From IMG/VR virus record IMGVR_UViG_3300020421_003230, positions 32,001-96,000 of that record: DNA of 64,000 nucleotides, one strand, 5' to 3'. Under the pieces are notes generated by a model. The model was not told the DNA's origin, did no database searches, and worked only from the letters and a program-made list of their open reading frames with translations. Each line of letters starts with the position of its first letter. Within the stretch, counting starts at the first letter, position 1. Shown piece by piece: positions 57,834-64,000 of the stretch. A program made the translations under genes and the position numbers. This DNA comes from a virus.

Positions 57834-59242
57834 TGTTATATGATATAGGGCAACAAGAACTGATGTATCAATGTATTTTTCCTAATAGTGATTTTAAGTT
57901 TGATTCGAGATATAAATACAAAATCGTAGATGTTGATTCTCGTAACTATCTTCAGTTTCCAAAAATTAGCCCACAAGAAAGGTCTGCCTCTATAATCGGT
58001 GGTTTACCTGATGATAAATACTTTTGGGAAGATTTTTCTGAATCAGTAGTAGATGATTTAAAAAATAATAAAGTGAAAATTATGCTCGCAGACTTTCATG
58101 AGTTTGAATTTATGTACATAGAAAAAATATATGAGGTATGGGAACATATTCCTGTATGGCTTCGAGATAATATGATATGGGTAACTGCTAATTCTGATGG
58201 TAATAATATAATTACCAAGTTAAGTACAAAGTATGGTTTACCAAAAATTAATACACTATGGTCTTATGATATGTTATTATGTTTTGCAGCTTTGAAATCA
58301 AAAGCTGTAAAACGATGTTATTATAATCTTTATTGGAAGCATCCAAAAGAATTAAATAGTAGAGAATTGTTTAGACGATTAAAGGAAACATCATTGGTTG
58401 CAGATAGAAATAAAAAATTTACTTTTTTAACTCGTAGACCAAGAGAACCACGAATAATGTTTTTATCATTATTGAATAATTCTGATTATATAAAAGATGG
58501 TTATGTTTCTTGTCCATTAAAGTTCGATGACCCACACATAATAGATAGAAGTGTATGGGATGATAATTTGCACCTATTACAATTTTGTAATCCAGGTGAT
58601 AAAACATATCAGTATCATTTCTTTGGTGAAGAGGTGGTACAAGGAATACATGATGGTGTTCATGATTTATATGATAATAATAAACTTCCCTTAGTTAGAG
58701 ATACAGAAAAATTTGAGGATTGGGGAGAAACTAATAACTTAAAAATGATGTGGGAAAACTTTACTGATTCATATGTAAATTTTGTATTTGAAACAGGTTA
58801 TTTATATGGTGAAAATAATGAAGATAGTTTACCAATTACAGAAAAAACATTTAAGGCTATTATTGGTGGTCAGATATTTTTACCTTATGGTTTTTATGGT
58901 TCAAATGTTTGGGATAAATTAGAAGAACTTGGGTTTAAAAGGTTTAGGGGATTAAATTATGATTATGATAAAGTATATCGAGTTGGAGATGACCATCCAT
59001 ATATTAATGATAAGAATCATATTTATTGGTTAGCTCATAAATATCCTAAAGACCCTAATACCGATTATCATTTACAATTTAATTTATATTGGCAAGAAGC
59101 TAATAGATTATTAAGTATGAGTAAAGATGAATTAAAACAATTGTGGTTAGATAACAAAGATATAATAGAACATAATTTATATAATATGACACACTTAGAG
59201 TATCCAAAAGATTGGGTGTGTAACTATGTGAGTGCAAAATGA
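57830..59242 (+). CDS. 'TEK'-motif putative glycosyltransferase, paralogue 3
   Basis: 'KFTFLTRRPREPR', 'YVNFVFET..ITEKTFKAI..GFKRF..YDYD'. Confidence 0.55.
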   Translation: MMLYDIGQQELMYQCIFPNSDFKFDSRYKYKIVDVDSRNYLQFPKISPQERSASIIGGLPDDKYFWEDFSESVVDDLKNNKVKIMLADFHEFEFMYIEKIYEVWEHIPVWLRDNMIWVTANSDGNNIITKLSTKYGLPKINTLWSYDMLLCFAALKSKAVKRCYYNLYWKHPKELNSRELFRRLKETSLVADRNKKFTFLTRRPREPRIMFLSLLNNSDYIKDGYVSCPLKFDDPHIIDRSVWDDNLHLLQFCNPGDKTYQYHFFGEEVVQGIHDGVHDLYDNNKLPLVRDTEKFEDWGETNNLKMMWENFTDSYVNFVFETGYLYGENNEDSLPITEKTFKAIIGGQIFLPYGFYGSNVWDKLEELGFKRFRGLNYDYDKVYRVGDDHPYINDKNHIYWLAHKYPKDPNTDYHLQFNLYWQEANRLLSMSKDELKQLWLDNKDIIEHNLYNMTHLEYPKDWVCNYVSAK

Positions 59243-59826
59243 CGATACTTTTTGATAACATTAAAGATAATATTTTTACACCTATTGTAAATCATCCTGA
59301 ATGTAATAAAACAATGAAAATACATAGTGGTGATTTAGATTGGTTGCGTGATTTTGGATATATGGAATTTTCTACACTTGATAATGCTATAGAAAAATAT
59401 GATAAGAATATTAGTTATCTTATCTATTGTGATGTAAAGAACAGTGATTATGTATTTGGTAAAATAAGTACAATCTTTGATTATCTTACAACAAAACAAA
59501 AAAGATTTTTACATAAAAGAAATGTTGGCATTTTATTTTCTGAAATACGAGAAGGTTGGAAAGAAGAATATTTAAAAATGATTTATGATTTTTGTGAAAA
59601 AACACATTTACCTACCGAGAAAATAAATTATGCTACAAGTTGTGAAAATATGAAAACATATCTTAGTGATATGGGGTATACAGATTCAGACGATAAACAC
59701 ATTAATATATTGTATCATGAGTATTGGTTTGATGATACAAGAAAGTGGTTTAAAAAATATATTGAAGAATCTAATGATTTAGAATCAATGATGATATCAG
59801 AGAGGCTTGATAGACATGATGTCTAA
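59239..59826 (+). CDS. Hypothetical protein; probable N-terminal half of a split 'TEK' family gene
   Basis: 'ILFSEIREG...INYATS' resembles the N-terminal halves of neighbours; lacks the TEK domain, which is supplied by the next ORF. Confidence 0.5.
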   Translation: MTILFDNIKDNIFTPIVNHPECNKTMKIHSGDLDWLRDFGYMEFSTLDNAIEKYDKNISYLIYCDVKNSDYVFGKISTIFDYLTTKQKRFLHKRNVGILFSEIREGWKEEYLKMIYDFCEKTHLPTEKINYATSCENMKTYLSDMGYTDSDDKHINILYHEYWFDDTRKWFKKYIEESNDLESMMISERLDRHDV

Positions 59827-60526
59827 ATTTACATATTTAACATGGAGATTAGTACCTGAGAAAATTCATTTTTTATTTTTGTTAGCACACTATGGTATAA
59901 ATCCATTTAATCATTTTATTGGTATGCCAATAGAATCAAATAATGAAAATTTATTTGATGAATATAAAAAAACTTTGAATAGGTTTAATTATAGTAAAGA
60001 TTTTATTAAAAAACTTGAAGATGGTAAAGAGAGATTGATATCACAAGGTTGTTTACCTTTACATCCACTTAAGAAATGGGATAATGAAAATGCTAAACGA
60101 TTAAATATTGATATAGAAAATTCTTCTGAACTTGCTAGTTATAATTATTCACAACCTGAATACGGATATATGAAGGCTTGTATCAATTCTGATTTTATAA
60201 TAGTATGGGACTCTACTCATCGTGATGAGAGTATTATGTTTACAGAAAAAACTTGGATTCCTATTTTTTGTGGTAAACCTATTTTGTTTATGTACAAATC
60301 AAATGCTTTAAAATTATTTAAAAGAAAAGGATATAAATCATGGCCAATGTTATTTGATGAATCATATGATAGTATAATAAATCAAGAAGAGAGAATGGAT
60401 ATGATTGCTAAACAAGTTGTAGAGTTACAATCTAAAGATAAAAATTATTTTCAACAAGCGGGTGTAAATTGTGAATTAAATAAATTACACTCATGGAGAA
60501 GAGGAGTTAAGTGTGAGGTCTTCTAA
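59816..60526 (+). CDS. 'TEK'-motif putative glycosyltransferase, C-terminal half (paralogue 4)
   Basis: Starts directly at 'SKFTYLTWR'; 'MFTEKTWIPI..KP..GYKSW..FDESYD'. Confidence 0.55.
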   Translation: MMSKFTYLTWRLVPEKIHFLFLLAHYGINPFNHFIGMPIESNNENLFDEYKKTLNRFNYSKDFIKKLEDGKERLISQGCLPLHPLKKWDNENAKRLNIDIENSSELASYNYSQPEYGYMKACINSDFIIVWDSTHRDESIMFTEKTWIPIFCGKPILFMYKSNALKLFKRKGYKSWPMLFDESYDSIINQEERMDMIAKQVVELQSKDKNYFQQAGVNCELNKLHSWRRGVKCEVF

Positions 60527-61436
60527 ACCAGAGCCACCATATATCATAGCAAATAATTTATTATCTAAACATAGAAATATGGAAGAGCCAATATTTTTTG
60601 AGGGTGAGTGTGAAGAGGTAAAACAAAAACTAAAAGAAAATAAAATGTTAAATAAGGCTGGTTCTATTATTTGTATTGATGGTAACAAGAACATACATGA
60701 AATAGTTAGTAAGTATGGTTGGTTTGGGTACTATTATCCATATTGGTTACTAAGAGCACAAAGAGAAAGGAAGTATCATTTAAAAACAAAACTATCACTT
60801 GAAAAACATTTTACTTGTTTAAATGGAAATCCATGGCCAGGTAGATTGAGATTGTTATCAAGGTTGTATGAAGAGAATTTATTAGATGATTGTTTTTGGA
60901 CATTAAATAATTTTCCACAAGTAGATATGTTAGGGCAAGTAGAAATTAATGATGAATTTTTAAAGTTACTACCTAAGAGTTGGGATGGTAGAGAATTTAA
61001 AAATAAAAGTATAAAAGGTTTTGGTGATGGTGGTTATTTTTCCATACCAGATTTTAATGGAAGAGATATATCTTTGTTTAGAAAATCAGTTGTTAATATA
61101 ATTGTAGAAACTGATTTTTATTCACCAGAAGAAGATGATATATTTTTGACGGGTAAACTTTCAAAAACGATAGCAATGAAGATGCCTTTTTTACTATTAT
61201 GTAGTAATAGTGGTAATACATATTCTATTTTAAACTCATTAGGATTTGAATCGTTTGGTAATGTATGGCCAGAAGATTACATGAGGTGTACAACACCTGA
61301 AACTCAAATTGAATCTATGATAGAAACGATGAGATGTATTTTACTTATGGGTAAACAAGAATTGATTGAAAAAACTACAGAGGTGTGTAATCACAATTAT
61401 GAAGTTTTAATGAATATGAAAAAGGATTTGATATAA
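60513..61436 (+). CDS. 'TEK'-family putative glycosyltransferase, paralogue 5 (TGK variant)
   Basis: 'FTCLNG..GR', 'VNIIVET..FLTGKLSKTI..PFLL..GFESF'. Confidence 0.5.
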   Translation: MRSSKPEPPYIIANNLLSKHRNMEEPIFFEGECEEVKQKLKENKMLNKAGSIICIDGNKNIHEIVSKYGWFGYYYPYWLLRAQRERKYHLKTKLSLEKHFTCLNGNPWPGRLRLLSRLYEENLLDDCFWTLNNFPQVDMLGQVEINDEFLKLLPKSWDGREFKNKSIKGFGDGGYFSIPDFNGRDISLFRKSVVNIIVETDFYSPEEDDIFLTGKLSKTIAMKMPFLLLCSNSGNTYSILNSLGFESFGNVWPEDYMRCTTPETQIESMIETMRCILLMGKQELIEKTTEVCNHNYEVLMNMKKDLI

Positions 61437-62605
61437 TGAATAAGTATTTAGTTATATTTACAGAAGAACATTTTGAACATACAGAGTTTGAAAAAGATTA
61501 TAAAGTTACACCTTACTATACTATTGATGCGGTTGGTAATAAATCAAAGAAAAATTTAGATGAGTATGTGGGTTATAAATCGATTGTATTTTATAATAGG
61601 TTTGAGGGATTATCATATGTTGTAAGGAAGTTGGGTTCTTTAGTACCATTACAAAAATATGAATACGGTTACATTGTATTTGCTACATTGAGTGTAATGT
61701 TTGATGATTGTGGATATGAAAAGTTTGTGAAAAAACCATTTAACTTTTTACACTTAACCATTTCACATTTTTGGGAATATAAATTAAATATTACAGCGTA
61801 TGATTCATATCGACCTCAGTTTCCAACCGTATATCATAAAATGAAAAAATATAATTATTCAATGATGTTGGGTAATCCAAGTCCACCACGAGCCGCCTTA
61901 TATTTTAATATGAAACAGCAAGGATTATTAAAAGATGGATTAGTAAGTTTTAACAATACACGAGGTGGATGGATGAATGAAGATGATATTGTATTTTTTA
62001 ATGAGAAAGATAGAGAACATTTTTTACCAACAGAAAATATACCTATGAAATATGGTAAATGGAGATTTGATGAAGTAACAGGTAATTCACCAGAAGACCC
62101 AAACTTTACACCAGCGATAGTTGGATATGATATAGAAACTTTTGTTAAATCATTTTTTGGTGTAGTGTGTGAATCGTTTGATATCGATTACACCTATGGA
62201 ACTTTAGTGTGTGAGAAAACATTTGCTTACATTGCTAACGGATTACCATTTATAGTATTTGGTGATAAGGGTGTGATTGAATTGGTAAGAAATTATGGAT
62301 ACGATGTGTTTGATGATATCATTGACCATAGTTACGATAAGATTGAAGATTATGTTGATAGAGGTAAAGCTGTTGTAGAATCTGTTAAGAAGGCCAATGA
62401 TTTGGATTGGGAAAAAACTTTACCAAAGATTAAAGATAGATTATTAAATAATATTAATTTATATAAAGTAAAGAGAGATACATTTAATTTTGAATTAGAA
62501 CAGGTGTATAAGTTAGATGGTAGAAAACGAGAAGACCATTATCTTTTAACTCAATTTAATAAATTGGATAATCATCATCGTACAGGAAATATAACTGATG
62601 TTTAA
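61436..62605 (+). CDS. 'TEK'-family putative glycosyltransferase, paralogue 6
   Basis: 'FFGVVCES..VCEKTF..PFIVFG..GYDVFDDIIDHSYD'. Confidence 0.55.
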   Translation: MNKYLVIFTEEHFEHTEFEKDYKVTPYYTIDAVGNKSKKNLDEYVGYKSIVFYNRFEGLSYVVRKLGSLVPLQKYEYGYIVFATLSVMFDDCGYEKFVKKPFNFLHLTISHFWEYKLNITAYDSYRPQFPTVYHKMKKYNYSMMLGNPSPPRAALYFNMKQQGLLKDGLVSFNNTRGGWMNEDDIVFFNEKDREHFLPTENIPMKYGKWRFDEVTGNSPEDPNFTPAIVGYDIETFVKSFFGVVCESFDIDYTYGTLVCEKTFAYIANGLPFIVFGDKGVIELVRNYGYDVFDDIIDHSYDKIEDYVDRGKAVVESVKKANDLDWEKTLPKIKDRLLNNINLYKVKRDTFNFELEQVYKLDGRKREDHYLLTQFNKLDNHHRTGNITDV

Positions 62606-63575
62606 TCGCTTATATAAACACATAACTGGTTTTGGTTGGGATAGGTATTTTAAAAATATTAATTGTTATTATGTACCATTATACATGGAACCTGAAGATT
62701 TAAAAAAAGAAATAACTATTGATATTGTTAATGATATAAAAAATAATAAATCAATATTTGTTTTTGATTATACAGGTGAGGGATGTGATGGCATTGAGTA
62801 TGTAGAGTTATTGTTAAAAACACTTAGTGAGTTAGGATTAAATAAAAATGATTTAAGTAACTCTACTTTACTTACAAGCAACATGGGTTCTACTTTTAGT
62901 AGAAATTGGCCTGGCCTTCACATTGGAGTTGATATGTATATGTGGGGAAGTGGATGGAGAAGTTCCGAGTACACACCAATAGTAGATAAAAAACCATACA
63001 GATTTATTTGTTTAAATAATAGTGATAAGAAACATAAAAATTTTATTATAAATCACTTAGATGAAAATTACAATGAACAAGGAATAATTACTTATTTATC
63101 AAAGGGTAGAACTTCTTTTGTTGATGATGGTAACTTAGATGATATGGATAAACTACAATCTAAGTTTTATGATAATGTATATTTTTCTGTTAGAAATACT
63201 GCTCTATTTTATGAAGATGATTCTATATTTATTTGTGAGAAGTTATTACAAGATATAAATGGACAAGTACCTTTTATAGCAGTTTCAACACCTTACACTT
63301 TACAACATTTAAGAAATAATGGATATGAAACTTTTCCTGAATTATTTGATGAAAGTTATGATACCATTTTAAATCATGATGAAAGAATGGAATTCATATT
63401 AAAAGAAATTGACAGGGTTATGAAGATGAGTGATGAAGAGTTATATAGTAAAATAGTTTCTATGAAAGATAAGTTAAAAAGAAATTACGAAAAATTAATG
63501 AGTGATATCTCTTCAATAAATTACAATAAAATATTTAGTGAAATAACAAAAAGGATAATTGAACATGCAAATTAA
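62598..63575 (+). CDS. 'TEK'-family putative glycosyltransferase, paralogue 7
   Basis: 'FICLNN..HK', 'FICEKL..PFI..GYETF..FDESYD..ERM'. Confidence 0.55.
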   Translation: MFNRLYKHITGFGWDRYFKNINCYYVPLYMEPEDLKKEITIDIVNDIKNNKSIFVFDYTGEGCDGIEYVELLLKTLSELGLNKNDLSNSTLLTSNMGSTFSRNWPGLHIGVDMYMWGSGWRSSEYTPIVDKKPYRFICLNNSDKKHKNFIINHLDENYNEQGIITYLSKGRTSFVDDGNLDDMDKLQSKFYDNVYFSVRNTALFYEDDSIFICEKLLQDINGQVPFIAVSTPYTLQHLRNNGYETFPELFDESYDTILNHDERMEFILKEIDRVMKMSDEELYSKIVSMKDKLKRNYEKLMSDISSINYNKIFSEITKRIIEHAN

Positions 63576-64000
63576 TTCACACAATCATTGGGATACTTTA
63601 AAGACTGTAATACTTGGAAGTGTTGAATATGCCAAGATACCTAAGTTTGATAAATCTACATGGGCTGTAAACTATGTTGATGGTAGAACATATGAAGAGT
63701 TTTTATCAGATACTAAGTTACCATATGATACAAGATATCCTGATTGGGTTTATGAAACTGATAAAGAAGATTTAGATAACTTTGAAAAGATTTTAAAAGA
63801 TATGGGAGTAGAAGTTTTACGACCAGAACCTTTTGATACATCAACAACAATATCAAATGGATTATGGGAACAAAGTGGTTACGAGTATAGATGTCCAAGA
63901 GATTCTGTTCTTGTAGTTGGTAATAAAGTTATAGAATGTGCCATGTCATTGAGAGCAAGATACTTTGAAACATATGGTTACAGAAAAATATTTATGAACT
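63565..64000 (+). CDS. Amidinotransferase (glycine/inosamine-phosphate amidinotransferase-like), 3'-truncated (not in ORF track)
   Basis: MQINSHNHWDTLKTVILGS...EDLDNFEKILKDMGVEVLRP...YRCPRDSVLVVGNKVIECAMSLRARYFE matches the AGAT/StrB1 N-terminal pattern (NxxNEWDPLxxVIVG; PRD; RxRxFE). Confidence 0.85.
   Translation, partial: MQINSHNHWDTLKTVILGSVEYAKIPKFDKSTWAVNYVDGRTYEEFLSDTKLPYDTRYPDWVYETDKEDLDNFEKILKDMGVEVLRPEPFDTSTTISNGLWEQSGYEYRCPRDSVLVVGNKVIECAMSLRARYFETYGYRKIFMN

Noticed and set aside
386-63898. Numerous minus-strand and nested plus-strand ORFs of 60-166 aa in the ORF track
   Set aside because: They overlap well-supported plus-strand genes, show no recognisable motifs and read as antisense or out-of-frame shadows of biased codon usage.
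1-64000. Stop-codon reassignment as in some large phages
   Set aside because: Code 11 gives near-complete coding density; TAA, TAG and TGA all end genes at sensible boundaries.
1-64000. tRNA, rRNA or known riboswitch genes
   Set aside because: Intergenic gaps are short and AT-rich; I recognised no cloverleaf or T-loop signature. A covariance-model scan was not possible.
42884-64000. DNA hypermodification as the role of the glycosyltransferase island
   Set aside because: No base hydroxymethylase, TET/JBP, dNMP kinase or similar DNA-modification markers are seen here, and the island follows virion genes. Not excluded, but less supported than protein or surface glycosylation.

Overview
AT-rich, gene-dense 64 kb segment of a large tailed (probably myovirus-like, jumbo) bacteriophage. 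Almost all genes are on the + strand with tight TAATG/ATGA coupling and the standard genetic code. Layout: (1) 1-11444 baseplate/tail structural block, interrupted by a ferredoxin and containing a 1602-aa protein with an embedded Vint-type Hint domain. (2) 11562-19466 envelope block: a cohesin/dockerin-like protein with a type IX secretion (T9SS) C-terminal signal, a PorV-like barrel, an unannotated 12-aa Cys-rich ORF, CsgG-like proteins, an outer-membrane barrel and holin-like genes. (3) 19478-21427 small genes, including a PAP2 phosphatase and an HEXXH protein. (4) 21653-26406 resolvase, primase, a single-chain Mre11-Rad50 fusion and an unannotated minus-strand ribbon-helix-helix gene. (5) 26505-42832 a 4342-aa tail fibre, then two C-terminal Hint-domain proteins flanking a GT-B enzyme. 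(6) 42884-64000 a roughly 21 kb glycan/modification island: methyltransferase, GT2, three beta4GalT7-like GT7 enzymes each with a LamG insert, four twitch/SPASM radical SAM enzymes, an SGNH protein, about seven paralogous GT10-like 'TEK' proteins and a truncated amidinotransferase. The best candidates for undescribed systems are the phage-encoded T9SS-cargo/PorV/CsgG surface module, a putative proteoglycan-like virion glycosylation system ([S/T]-G-S-rich structural proteins plus GT7s), and Hint-domain self-activating virion proteins. All family calls come from motif recognition by eye; no database search was run.
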